Shown piece by piece: positions 1-9,101 of a DNA stretch of 64,000 bases; position 1 is the stretch's first letter, and every line of letters begins with the position of its first letter. The DNA is from a virus, in IMG/VR virus record IMGVR_UViG_3300028829_002978, positions 2,437-66,436 of that record; one strand, given 5' to 3'. Both the position numbers and the translations under genes were made by a program. The notes beneath the pieces are model-generated. The model had not been told where the DNA came from, made no database searches, and worked only from the letters and a program-made list of their open reading frames with translations.

Positions 1-148
1 TATGGAAGCTGATCTTATGGAAGATAATGCTACACAAACATCTATGATTATTGGTGAATTTTACAGAAAAGATGCTGGTTTTAAATACAAAAATATGGCT
101 CAGGGTGGTAAACAAACACTTACTGAGTTTGCAAACTCTTACAAGTAG
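1..148 (+). CDS. terD: TerD/TerE-family protein, C-terminal part (gene runs off the window start)
   Basis: Frame 2 reads MEADLMEDNATQTSMIIGEFYRKDAGFKYKNMAQGGKQTLTEFANSYK*. This matches the TerD C-terminus pattern DLxED..T.TAMIFGELYR....KF.A.GQG, and terC follows directly. Confidence 0.8.
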   Translation, partial: MEADLMEDNATQTSMIIGEFYRKDAGFKYKNMAQGGKQTLTEFANSYK

Positions 149-151
149 TAA

Positions 152-1132
152 TTGATGAGTCCTTACTACACATGGTCACATATAATCCTAGTACTTAGTG
201 TACTAGGTGGGTATACTCTTGGTGGTTTCGCTGGGATGACAGCTATTATAATGTTAGCGGCTTTAGAAGTATCATTATCATTCGACAACGCGGTTGTTAA
301 TGCGAAGGTACTGAAGACAATGACACCAGCGTGGAGAAAGGCATTCATTAAATATGGTATACCAATTGCAGTGTTTGGAATGAGATTCTTATTCCCAATC
401 GCAATAGTTGCTATAGCTACTGGATTATCTGTAATCTCAACGTTTAATATGGCTATAGGTCAGCCAGAACTGTACCATTCAGCCTTAGAAGATAATAAGG
501 TTGGTATCTTTGCGTTTGGTGGATCATTCCTCTTCATGGTGTTCTTAGGCTTCTTCTTCGATGATGATAGAGAAGATAAATGGATTACTATATTAGAAGA
601 CAATACTATTACAAATAAAGTTGGATCTATTCAGCATATTGAAGTAATAATTGCGACTGCTGTGGGTATGGGATTAGTATATTATACTGATTCTACCACA
701 GTAACTTTAGCATTCTTTGGAGGAATTTTACTCCACGAAGTTATTGGTTCATTAGATGATTTACTGTCTACAAATGGTGTGAGATCAGGTATCGCAGGAT
801 TCTTATATCTTGAAGTATTAGATGCATCATTCTCATTTGATGGTGTAATAGGAGCATTTGCTATATCTAATAATATATTTGTAATTATGGTAGGTTTAGG
901 TATTGGAGCTATGTATGTCAGATCTATGACTCTCGACTTTGTAGAAAAAGGTACCTTAGCTACTTATAGATATCTAGAACATGGAGCTCATTATGCAATT
1001 GGAGCATTAGCAATCATTATGTTTGCTAAAATGTTTCACGAAATACCAGAGTTAGTGGTTGGTTCTGTTGGAATTAGTTTAATTATTGCTGCATTTGCAC
1101 ATTCAATTATAGTTAATAAAAAAGAGAAGTAA
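152..1132 (+). CDS. terC: TerC-family (DUF475) integral membrane protein
   Basis: Contains LEVSLSFDNAVVNA, FLYLEVLDASFSFDGVIGAFA and YLEHGAHYAI motifs, with multiple TM helices. Confidence 0.9.
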   Translation: MMSPYYTWSHIILVLSVLGGYTLGGFAGMTAIIMLAALEVSLSFDNAVVNAKVLKTMTPAWRKAFIKYGIPIAVFGMRFLFPIAIVAIATGLSVISTFNMAIGQPELYHSALEDNKVGIFAFGGSFLFMVFLGFFFDDDREDKWITILEDNTITNKVGSIQHIEVIIATAVGMGLVYYTDSTTVTLAFFGGILLHEVIGSLDDLLSTNGVRSGIAGFLYLEVLDASFSFDGVIGAFAISNNIFVIMVGLGIGAMYVRSMTLDFVEKGTLATYRYLEHGAHYAIGALAIIMFAKMFHEIPELVVGSVGISLIIAAFAHSIIVNKKEK

Positions 1133-1323
1133 TGTTTGGTTTACTGAACGATGTTACTGATCTAACTACAAAAGTAGCTGGAGATGTAATTGAAGTAGGT
1201 ACACTTGGTTTAGTTCAATCTAAAGACGCTAAGAAATTAGCTGATCTTGGATGGGACATATATAAAATCTCGAATGAACTTAATATATCTGTTGAAGATG
1301 TTGAAAAGTTACTTAAAAAATAA
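1132..1323 (+). CDS. Small hypothetical protein within the ter cassette
   Basis: 63-aa ORF coupled to terC by a TAATG overlap. Confidence 0.6.
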   Translation: MFGLLNDVTDLTTKVAGDVIEVGTLGLVQSKDAKKLADLGWDIYKISNELNISVEDVEKLLKK

Positions 1324-1350
1324 AGACCTCAGAGAGGCAAAGGAAACATA

Positions 1351-1794
1351 ATGTTAGGAAATTTTTTTAAAAAATTAAAAGGTGGAGCTGAAAATTTAGC
1401 TACATCAGCTTTAAGCTCAGGTGATAAAGATGTAATGGAAGCTATGGTTGCTGCTGCAGTTATCACTGCTTATGCAGATGGAGATTGTTCAGATGATGAA
1501 GTATCTGTAATTAGTAAAATTTTAGCTACAAGTACTCAATTAGAGTCTTTTGGTGATGAACCTCTTCTATTATTTGAAGCTTATTGTAACAAGATGGAAG
1601 CATCTAAAAGAATGGGTAAAAATGAATTGATGAAAGAAATTTCAGACCTTACTGGTGATAAAAATAATTCTGTTAGAGTTCTTATTATGGCTATTGAAGT
1701 TGCAGACGCAGATGATGATATCGATACAGATGAGATGAAAGTATTAGAAGCTATTGCTAAAACACTTGATCTTACTTTAAGAGATTACATTTAA
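1351..1794 (+). CDS. terB: TerB-family tellurite resistance protein
   Basis: Contains AYADGDCSDDE and VADADDDIDTDE..L..IA..L metal-binding motifs; AAGGA RBS upstream. Confidence 0.85.
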   Translation: MLGNFFKKLKGGAENLATSALSSGDKDVMEAMVAAAVITAYADGDCSDDEVSVISKILATSTQLESFGDEPLLLFEAYCNKMEASKRMGKNELMKEISDLTGDKNNSVRVLIMAIEVADADDDIDTDEMKVLEAIAKTLDLTLRDYI

Positions 1795-1801
1795 TTAAAA
1801 T

Positions 1802-1838
1802 AAAGATCTGAGAGTATTTACTCTTCGGTCTTTTTATT
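1802..1838 (+). terminator. Rho-independent terminator after the ter cassette
   Basis: AAAGATCTGAGAGTA-TT-TACTCTTCGGTCTTTTT forms a stem-loop followed by a T tract. Confidence 0.6.
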
Positions 1839-1885
1839 TGTAAGGGTATACTGATATTTTTAAATATAAATAAAAAGGAAGTAGT

Positions 1886-2446
1886 ATGAACAAAGAATTA
1901 ATTAAGAAATACAAAGCAGAATTCGATCACATGTTGGATGGAGGAAAATTACTCCATTGCTATGACTCTAATTTTCTATGGTACTCTTCAGGTGTAGGTA
2001 TATGGAATATGCGTCTATTATCAAATAATAACATAACACATATAGTAATAAACGATGAATATGCTGAATTTCGTAAAGCATTAGCTGAAGGTAAAACTAT
2101 CCAATGGTGTTTTGGGGATGATGGGTGGAAAGACTACCCTTATTTCGATAACGAAGTAAAGCATTACCGTATCAAACCTGATGAACCTAAATTCAAAGTA
2201 GGTGATTGGGTAACTCAAGTAGATGGAATTCCTTTTCAATTTAAAGAAAATACTTGCTACCTTGGGTTATCTCTATGGACTCCTCAACCTAATGAATGGT
2301 GTTGCTTTTGGGACAATGACTATAGGCATTTTGAAGTAGGTAAATTTGTTAAGTCTGAAAAAGGCTCTCATTACTTTGATGATGGAACTATTAATAGAGA
2401 TAATATTCAGCCTTATACTGGGCCAGTACCTAAAGAACTTGCTTAA
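1886..2446 (+). CDS. Hypothetical phage protein (aromatic-rich)
   Basis: 186-aa ORF with AAGGAAG RBS and a GGGTATACT -10-like element at 1844-1852. Confidence 0.7.
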   Translation: MNKELIKKYKAEFDHMLDGGKLLHCYDSNFLWYSSGVGIWNMRLLSNNNITHIVINDEYAEFRKALAEGKTIQWCFGDDGWKDYPYFDNEVKHYRIKPDEPKFKVGDWVTQVDGIPFQFKENTCYLGLSLWTPQPNEWCCFWDNDYRHFEVGKFVKSEKGSHYFDDGTINRDNIQPYTGPVPKELA

Positions 2447-2535
2447 TGATTCATGAATTAGGTCAAATAGCAGCTACTATTATTTTAATAGTTGCATTTA
2501 TAACCTCAGTAGCAATACAAATTAAACAAGGATAA
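2446..2535 (+). CDS. 29-aa single-TM microprotein
   Basis: MIHELGQIAATIILIVAFITSVAIQIKQG*; TAATG overlap with the upstream gene. Confidence 0.45.
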   Translation: MIHELGQIAATIILIVAFITSVAIQIKQG

Positions 2536-2538
2536 TAC

Positions 2539-2907
2539 ATGACAATAATAAAACAATTTGAAAGATTACTACTAATCAATCGTAGATTACATGCGTTAGA
2601 TATACCAGTAGTATGTACTTTACATATAGATAGTAATAGTAGTTTTTTAGTGCTATCACATATATATGTAGATAAGAAAGCCTTTGGTACAGGTATAAAT
2701 GATTCTATTAAATCGATAGTAGAGGAAGCTATAACATTAGCTAAACCTACATACACTCAAGTTAAACAAATTTGTTTCGACATGCTGGCTACTCAATTTT
2801 ATCTAGACAAAGAAGAGGTAGTAACTGTTGAATCGATTAATAGTGAAGGTGTATTATTATCAACAGGTGAAACTGTAGAACACACTAGGTTATTTATTAA
2901 AGAATAA
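2539..2907 (+). CDS. Hypothetical protein
   Basis: 122-aa ORF with AAGGA RBS. Confidence 0.65.
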   Translation: MTIIKQFERLLLINRRLHALDIPVVCTLHIDSNSSFLVLSHIYVDKKAFGTGINDSIKSIVEEAITLAKPTYTQVKQICFDMLATQFYLDKEEVVTVESINSEGVLLSTGETVEHTRLFIKE

Positions 2908-2920
2908 TCTAGTTAATTAT

Positions 2921-3023
2921 GGGACTGTAGCTCAGAGGTAGAGCGAATATTTAATGTATAACCTTATTAAATATGTAGGAGATTAGGTACTCTAGGTCAT
3001 AGGTTCGACTCCTATCAGCCCCC
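2921..3023 (+). tRNA. tRNA-like RNA with an expanded, non-canonical anticodon arm
   Basis: Acceptor GGGACTG/CAGCCCC, D-arm TAGCTCAGAGGTAGAGC and T-arm ATAGG-TTCGACT-CCTAT. The anticodon arm is replaced by a 9-bp stem ATATTTAAT/ATTAAATAT with a 10-nt loop. No encoded CCA. Confidence 0.65.
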
Positions 3024-3480
3024 TTACGACAAGTCGAGATCTCACATTAGTTTATCACTATTGATCGACCTAAACCTTTGAGAGGTTGGCAACCTACTGC
3101 CCTTGTAAATTCTATTCAAAATATGGCAGTCATTAATAGTGACAGAAAGGAACCCTCATTTATGTATATTAAAAAGACGACTCCCTGAGTATAGACTCAT
3201 AGAGGATAGTGTTCATATTTTGAGTAGAGTCTATAAGGCTCGACTGTTATACCACAGACTAAAAAGTAAGTATCTAAAAACTATTGGCGTATGATTAGAT
3301 ATAAGTTATTATCTTCTAAGTAAAAATTAGGGGATTAGGAGAGTGCATCATCACTCTTCTATAATTATATATACTCCCGGAATCGGTTTAGTTAAATTAA
3401 AAGGAAGATTACCTTTTTAAATTGTTTAAAATTAACGTCCCTGCTTACGCATACAGACCCCAAGTAATTAGTATATATAA
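3024..3480 (+). ncRNA. Candidate large structured ncRNA (ORF-free, several multibranch helices)
   Basis: ACAAG/CTTGT closes three hairpins. A 15-bp helix TCTATTCAAAATATG/CATATTTTGAGTAGA closes further hairpins. An AGGAGAGTG/CACTCTTCT stem is also present. Confidence 0.45.
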
Positions 3481-3498
3481 TTATAGAAGGATATAAAT

Positions 3499-3672
3499 AT
3501 GAAACAAACTCAAGAATTTTTAGTGTTACAAACAACAGCTATAGAGACTCAAAAGAAAATTAAAACTTGGATATCTACAGACTACACAATAGATATTATT
3601 GCTCAGTCATCTGTAGTAACACCTAAGGGTGAAGTTATAGTAATTACGTCTCTATGGAGGAGTAAGTTATAG
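3499..3672 (+). CDS. Hypothetical protein (57 aa, below the ORF-track cutoff)
   Basis: MKQTQEFLVLQTTAIETQKKIKTWISTDYTIDIIAQSSVVTPKGEVIVITSLWRSKL*; AAGGA RBS. Confidence 0.6.
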   Translation: MKQTQEFLVLQTTAIETQKKIKTWISTDYTIDIIAQSSVVTPKGEVIVITSLWRSKL

Positions 3673-3890
3673 TGTCAGATGATCATAAATATGATGAAGC
3701 AAAAGATGATTTAATATTATGTAAATCAAACAAGGAGGCATTAAGAATGTCAAAAATATACCCAAACTCAATGTTAAGGTTTTTACCTAAAAAATTTAGG
3801 TACTACTTATACACGGTAAACTGTCGTAATGATAATAAGTTTCCAACAAATTATCAAAACTTAGGTTGGGATAATCTAAAGAAAAACTAA
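3672..3890 (+). CDS. Hypothetical protein
   Basis: 72-aa ORF whose GTG start overlaps the previous stop codon. Confidence 0.45.
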   Translation: MSDDHKYDEAKDDLILCKSNKEALRMSKIYPNSMLRFLPKKFRYYLYTVNCRNDNKFPTNYQNLGWDNLKKN

Positions 3891-3922
3891 TTATAATGGC
3901 TTACTAAAAATAAGGATTAGTT

Positions 3923-4120
3923 ATGAATCAAGAAAAAATAAGACACATAGGCGAAAGAAAGTATGAAGTGAATATGGCTAAAGCATTAACAAGAACAGAC
4001 AAAGAGTTGCAAGATAAATGGTTAGAACATAATAATGTAACAATTTGTCCTGCACAGAAATTAATGTTCGTAGAATTACCAATTAGTGTAATAGCCATAC
4101 CAATAAATAAAAAGGAATAA
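3923..4120 (+). CDS. Hypothetical protein
   Basis: 65-aa ORF with AAGGA RBS. Confidence 0.6.
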   Translation: MNQEKIRHIGERKYEVNMAKALTRTDKELQDKWLEHNNVTICPAQKLMFVELPISVIAIPINKKE

Positions 4121-4122
4121 AA

Positions 4123-4464
4123 ATGTTAAAAAATGAATTAGAAGCAGAAGTAAAAAGATTACAAGAAATCATTATGAAAGCAGCAAAAGACGTAGTAGAC
4201 GCTAAAACAGAGTTAAGCAAACTAGAAGCAGAGACTAAAGTTCTTAGAAAAACCAATGAAGCACAGGTAAGAGAGTCTGAAAATTTAAAAGAAAACAGAG
4301 AAAAAGCAATATTATTAATTACAATGGCTTTAGAAACTAGACATATACGTTTAGATGAACAGAAAAATAAAGTGTACTCAAACTCAGTTGACGCTAACAC
4401 ATTAAAATTCTTAAAACGTACGTTACAAAATGATAGCTATGAGATTGATCGATTGAGTTTCTGA
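4123..4464 (+). CDS. Coiled-coil hypothetical protein
   Basis: 113 aa, heptad-rich, with RBS; TGATG overlap with the helicase gene. Confidence 0.65.
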   Translation: MLKNELEAEVKRLQEIIMKAAKDVVDAKTELSKLEAETKVLRKTNEAQVRESENLKENREKAILLITMALETRHIRLDEQKNKVYSNSVDANTLKFLKRTLQNDSYEIDRLSF

Positions 4465-5837
4465 TGTATGACTTAACCACACAACAAAATCTAGTGCTAT
4501 CAACAGTAGATACAGTAAACAATAGAATTATATTAGTAGAGGCAAAAGCTGGGTGTGCTAAAACTTCTACCTCGTTATTAGTAGTAGACACGGTTAAACC
4601 GAAGAAAGCTTTATACACAGCTTTTAATAAAGCAATTGTATTAGAAGGTAAAGAAAGATTTACAACTAATGTGGAATGTAGAACTATTCATGCATTAGCT
4701 TTAAGCTATGTAAGACCTAAATTAGAGATAGAGCCTTTTACATATCTGTGTATTAAAGAGAAACTAAGTTATCCTGATAAATTAAAGATTATTAACGCTA
4801 TTGATGATTTTTATAGATCAGATAGTGTTGATATGGGAGAGTATTTCTCTGAATTACTTGAAGATGATTACTTAGAAGAATTAGCTATTAAATATGTAGA
4901 GTTAATGGTAGATGACAAAGTAAATCCTACATTCAATTTTTTATTAAAATATTTTCACCTCCTATTAGTAGAGGAGCAAATTGTAGTAAAATATGATCTC
5001 ATGATCTTAGATGAAATTCAAGATTCAACAGGAGTTGCTTTAGAAATATTCAAATTAATTACTTCACCTAAAAAATTAGGTTTAGGGGACCCTCATCAAG
5101 CTATTTATGGTTTTATGAATCTAGTGAATGGTTTTGATATTTTAAAAGATACAATTAATCTAGAGTTGAACCACTCATTTAGATGTAGTGAAGAGATTGC
5201 AGGTAGAATTGAATCATACGGCCAACAGTGGCTTGCTGCAGACTTTGTGTTTGAAGGTACTGAGAAACCTAAGGATAATGGGTTAACAGCGTATATAACA
5301 GCTACAAATGCTCAAATTATCTTTAGAATTAATGAGTTACATCAAGCTAATACAGGTTACACGCTTACAAGAGATGTAAAAGATATTTTTGCATGCCCAT
5401 TAGCTTTAGTTACAGCAGCTTCAGGAAAAGAAGTTTATCATAAAAAATATAAATTTTTAGAAAAAGAATACAGAAACTATACAATGTCTGGATACAAAAC
5501 ATTCTTTACTTATTTGAAAAAAGAAGTAAGAGATGATGAGATTGAATCAGCAATTGAATTGCTTATGAAGTTTAAAACGAAAAATATTAATATCTTTGAT
5601 GTATTATCTGCAGCTAAAAAGTCTAAAAAAGACCCAATTACTACAGTGGGTACATACTTTTCTTTAAAAGGTTTAGAATACAGCACTGTATATATTGAGG
5701 ATGATCTAAATGGTCAAGTTGGTCGAATCATTGAAAATGGCGGACCAGATGATAGTAACAGTCATACAACTATGAAGGGTTATTACGTGGCTGGAAGTAG
5801 GGCAAAGCTTTATCTCAAAAACGCTAAACACATGTAA
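4464..5837 (+). CDS. UvrD/SF1-like DNA helicase
   Basis: Walker A variant AKAGCAKTS, plus AFNKAI, TIHALA, ILDEIQD, LGDPHQAIYGF, SFRC, KGLEY and YYVAGSRA. Confidence 0.85.
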   Translation: MYDLTTQQNLVLSTVDTVNNRIILVEAKAGCAKTSTSLLVVDTVKPKKALYTAFNKAIVLEGKERFTTNVECRTIHALALSYVRPKLEIEPFTYLCIKEKLSYPDKLKIINAIDDFYRSDSVDMGEYFSELLEDDYLEELAIKYVELMVDDKVNPTFNFLLKYFHLLLVEEQIVVKYDLMILDEIQDSTGVALEIFKLITSPKKLGLGDPHQAIYGFMNLVNGFDILKDTINLELNHSFRCSEEIAGRIESYGQQWLAADFVFEGTEKPKDNGLTAYITATNAQIIFRINELHQANTGYTLTRDVKDIFACPLALVTAASGKEVYHKKYKFLEKEYRNYTMSGYKTFFTYLKKEVRDDEIESAIELLMKFKTKNINIFDVLSAAKKSKKDPITTVGTYFSLKGLEYSTVYIEDDLNGQVGRIIENGGPDDSNSHTTMKGYYVAGSRAKLYLKNAKHM

Positions 5838-5927
5838 CGCTTATATTACACTACGTGTTTACATGCTTTAGAACCTTTTAAATGGGTTCCAGTACACGCA
5901 AGTAATTTACTGTTTATATCAAAAGAT

Positions 5928-5978
5928 GTAGCAGCTTCTAGATGTAAAATCTACTTAAAGAACGCAAAGTATTTGTAA
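5928..5978 (+). pseudogene. Orphan duplicate of the helicase 3' end
   Basis: Translates to VAASRCKIYLKNAKYL*, compared with the helicase end VAGSRAKLYLKNAKHM*. Confidence 0.75.
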
Positions 5979-6119
5979 TGGTGTAGTTAACAGACTTACC
6001 AAAAGAAGGAAACGCGGTATGTTATACCGTCTAATATGATTGCTCGTAAGAGTAACCAAGATCTATACAAATAAAACATGGCAGCCGTAGAGTCGTAAGC
6101 CCAACCACAAGGAACCATT

Positions 6120-6464
6120 ATGAAATTATCAGAAATTTTAGTATCAGAAGAGATTAAAGATTCAGAAAAAGTTGCAAAGATTGCAGAAGTAGTTGCTAAA
6201 GCTAGAAAAGCTTATGGTAATGATGACAAAGTTATTACTGCACCAGAAGTTAACACAACTGAAGGTGTACAAGATTTAGCTATGCTAAGTGATAAATCAA
6301 AAGTTGCTATTGCAGATAGTGAAATTAGAAGAATTAAACAATTCGCTAATGAATTCACTAAAGTAAACGAAGGTGTTATGTTTGATAAAAAAGTTGAAGA
6401 GCTTATTGCTTTATCTGCTATTCTTGTAAACATTACAACTACTACAGAATCAGAATACATCTAA
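6120..6464 (+). CDS. Hypothetical protein preceded by a structured leader
   Basis: 114 aa with AAGGA RBS, followed by a terminator. Confidence 0.75.
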   Translation: MKLSEILVSEEIKDSEKVAKIAEVVAKARKAYGNDDKVITAPEVNTTEGVQDLAMLSDKSKVAIADSEIRRIKQFANEFTKVNEGVMFDKKVEELIALSAILVNITTTTESEYI

Positions 6465-6493
6465 TAAACTTTATGTTTTTAGAGTATTAATAG

Positions 6494-6524
6494 AAAAAGG
6501 TGTGTTTAATTATACACCTTTTTT
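6494..6524 (+). terminator. Rho-independent terminator
   Basis: AAAAAGGTGTG-TTTAAT-TATACACCTTTTTT. Confidence 0.7.
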
Positions 6525-6553
6525 AATGTTTAATAAAATTTAAAGGAAAAATT

Positions 6554-7165
6554 ATGAGAAACCCATTCAAATTTACAGCTGTTAAACCAGGAGTTCAAGA
6601 GCTGTATAGTAAATTAGAAAAGACTTACACTACTAGTATAGAATCTTTTAAACCAGAAGACATTCATATTTTACTGTTCTTTTACCTATCATTAGGAAAT
6701 TGGATAGAGAATAAAATAGCGTTAGATACTCCAGTTGAGATAACTAGAGTCTTAAAACAAACTAAAAATGTATTAGCGTATAAAGATGATAAGCATCAAA
6801 GAATTTTAACACATACACATGTGTTAGAGAACCCATTTAGTATACCAACAAACTTGTATGCTTTTGCAATAGCAGCAGGAGTGTCTGTAGCTAAATTTAA
6901 AGAGTTATTTAATGTAGAAGTAGGAGACACAATTGTAGAAGACTACTTAAAAAATGAAAACACAGTACAAGTAATTAATAATAAAATTAATATTTTAAGT
7001 GAATTTACTAGACATATAAAAATTGACCCTACTATACCAAAGGTACTAATACAAGATAAAGAAGAGATGGAGCATATAATTTTTACTGGTATATTAAAAA
7101 AACAGAAAGCTATTGCTCCATTTGAACTAATATTAGAGGAGGAGGAGATAGAGGATGACTCATAA
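6554..7165 (+). CDS. Hypothetical protein
   Basis: 203-aa ORF with AAGGA RBS. Confidence 0.7.
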   Translation: MRNPFKFTAVKPGVQELYSKLEKTYTTSIESFKPEDIHILLFFYLSLGNWIENKIALDTPVEITRVLKQTKNVLAYKDDKHQRILTHTHVLENPFSIPTNLYAFAIAAGVSVAKFKELFNVEVGDTIVEDYLKNENTVQVINNKINILSEFTRHIKIDPTIPKVLIQDKEEMEHIIFTGILKKQKAIAPFELILEEEEIEDDS

Positions 7166-8258
7166 AAAACAAAAAGAGATAGAACAACTAATCAATGCAA
7201 AAATTAATGTGTTATTAGAAGGTGAAAAAGGTTCTGGTAAGTCTACTATTATTAAAAATATAGCAGAGAAACTTAAAACTAATTTCTACACAATTGCTAT
7301 GACAAAACAGACTACTTTAAATGCCTTATTAGGATTCTTATCTATTAATGGTGTATATATACCTTCTCAGCTTAGAAAGGCTGTAGAAGAGGGTGGTATC
7401 ATGTTATTAGATGAGATTGATGCAGGTGATCCAAATGTTTTACTTGCATTGAATACTTTAGAAAATGGTTATTTAGCATTTCCTGATGGTATTATAAAGA
7501 CTCATCCAGATTTTAGACTATGTGCAACATCTAATCCTGCAGGTGAACATCAAATGTATACAGGAAGATCTAAACTAGATGCAGCGACATTAGATAGATT
7601 TGATATAGTATGGATTGATCGTGACCCTAAACTAGAAATTAGATTAACAGATAGGTTAACCGCTTTAGAATTAGATATTATGAGAAAAGTTTTATCTGAT
7701 AATAATGTGTCTAAGGTATTATCTATGAGAGATACTATAAGATACTATAAGAGAAAACAAATTGGCTTAGCAGACGGGTATGAAAAGACACTTTTAGGGG
7801 AAGATTCATATGTATCTAGTTATAATACTGAACTTGAAAAAGCTAAACCTAAAAATCCTAAATTACAGATAGATTGTAATGCAACTACAGAGTTGTGGGA
7901 GGTTTTAGAAGCTGAGGGAAAGCCGCAACCTGGAGCTTATAATAAAGTTCCAGGACACACAATGGGAGTTGATTATATTGATGATGAAGGGTGTATATAT
8001 GGAGATGGAGCTAGTGAACCAAAGTGGGTTGATGTAAGTACACCTGCTCCTAAATATACATCAGCTCCAGAATTACCTCCTCATTTTACTTATAAATTTA
8101 TAAAAGAGGTGGTTGCTGACTATGTTCTAGATGGTGTTCCATTGCCTAAAGAAATTAGAGTAGTACATGGTGCAAGAGATGGAGACCCATTTGGAAATAG
8201 TGTATCAGTGTTCTTATCAAATGGACAACAATATAAATTCAATAAGGAGGATTTATGA
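7155..8258 (+). CDS. MoxR/CobS-like AAA+ ATPase with a C-terminal extension
   Basis: Walker A GEKGSGKS, Walker B LLDEID, plus HPDFRLCATSN and LDAATLDRF. Confidence 0.85.
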   Translation: MTHKKQKEIEQLINAKINVLLEGEKGSGKSTIIKNIAEKLKTNFYTIAMTKQTTLNALLGFLSINGVYIPSQLRKAVEEGGIMLLDEIDAGDPNVLLALNTLENGYLAFPDGIIKTHPDFRLCATSNPAGEHQMYTGRSKLDAATLDRFDIVWIDRDPKLEIRLTDRLTALELDIMRKVLSDNNVSKVLSMRDTIRYYKRKQIGLADGYEKTLLGEDSYVSSYNTELEKAKPKNPKLQIDCNATTELWEVLEAEGKPQPGAYNKVPGHTMGVDYIDDEGCIYGDGASEPKWVDVSTPAPKYTSAPELPPHFTYKFIKEVVADYVLDGVPLPKEIRVVHGARDGDPFGNSVSVFLSNGQQYKFNKEDL

Positions 8259-9085
8259 AATTAGAAATAAACATGACGAAACCGTTACATGACATTTTAC
8301 CCAAGGAGTGGTCTACAGAGCTTAATACTAAGAACTTAGACTATATACCTTTCAGAAATCTATTACATTTTAAAAATTATGTATCTAAGATTAAACAGAA
8401 GAACGATGATCAGTGTGGAGTATCATACAAAACAGCATTAGATGATCTAGTGAAAGAAAAGTCTCAGTATTCTAAAATTGAATATGAGTCTATCCGAAAC
8501 CTGGTTAGAGCTAACTTATTAAAAAGAGGATTCATATCTGAAGAGATTTATGAATCATTTAAATACACATCAGAAGGTGTTATCGTAGATATAGCTAAAG
8601 TTATAGATGAAGATCCAGCGTGTTTTTTAACACCTGTAAAATCATACACAAACCATTTTTATGAGTTGTATGTATCTATCAGTTATTCTGCTTATGTAAG
8701 TGATGAGACAGTTCGTAGAAATGCTATCAAATTATTATCTACTATTGAAGAACTAGAAAGACAACATATTTATATTAAAGTTACTTTAGTATTTGGAGAT
8801 CACAATCCAATAAGTAGTAAGAATAAAGATATGTTAGTTACGATTCCACTCTTTAGTTATAAAGATTTTAAATCTATAGAAACCATGAGTGCAGTTTTAA
8901 ATGAGAGACTGTTGCGTAAATTTATGTTTGCATTACTAGAAGATGTGTATGCAAAAGACCTAGATTATGGGTATGGTCAAGCAATGACTATGACAACAGC
9001 AATTAATATCGGAGAAGAACTAGAAGAAACAGTACTATTCTCTAAAATATTAGATGAAGTAGTTACACCTGGATCATCTCGTTAA
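8255..9085 (+). CDS. Putative vWA/CobT-like partner of the AAA ATPase
   Basis: Overlaps the AAA gene (ATGA); the beta-alpha pattern ELYVSISYSA...IEELE..HI.IKVTL resembles a degenerate vWA domain. Confidence 0.5.
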   Translation: MKLEINMTKPLHDILPKEWSTELNTKNLDYIPFRNLLHFKNYVSKIKQKNDDQCGVSYKTALDDLVKEKSQYSKIEYESIRNLVRANLLKRGFISEEIYESFKYTSEGVIVDIAKVIDEDPACFLTPVKSYTNHFYELYVSISYSAYVSDETVRRNAIKLLSTIEELERQHIYIKVTLVFGDHNPISSKNKDMLVTIPLFSYKDFKSIETMSAVLNERLLRKFMFALLEDVYAKDLDYGYGQAMTMTTAINIGEELEETVLFSKILDEVVTPGSSR

Positions 9086-9101
9086 CTACTTTATGATATA
9101 G

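Noticed and set aside
5990-6100. c-di-GMP-I riboswitch (ATGGCAGCCG resemblance)
   Set aside because: The P1 GGCAAACC...GACGCAAAG elements are missing, so the match is only partial.
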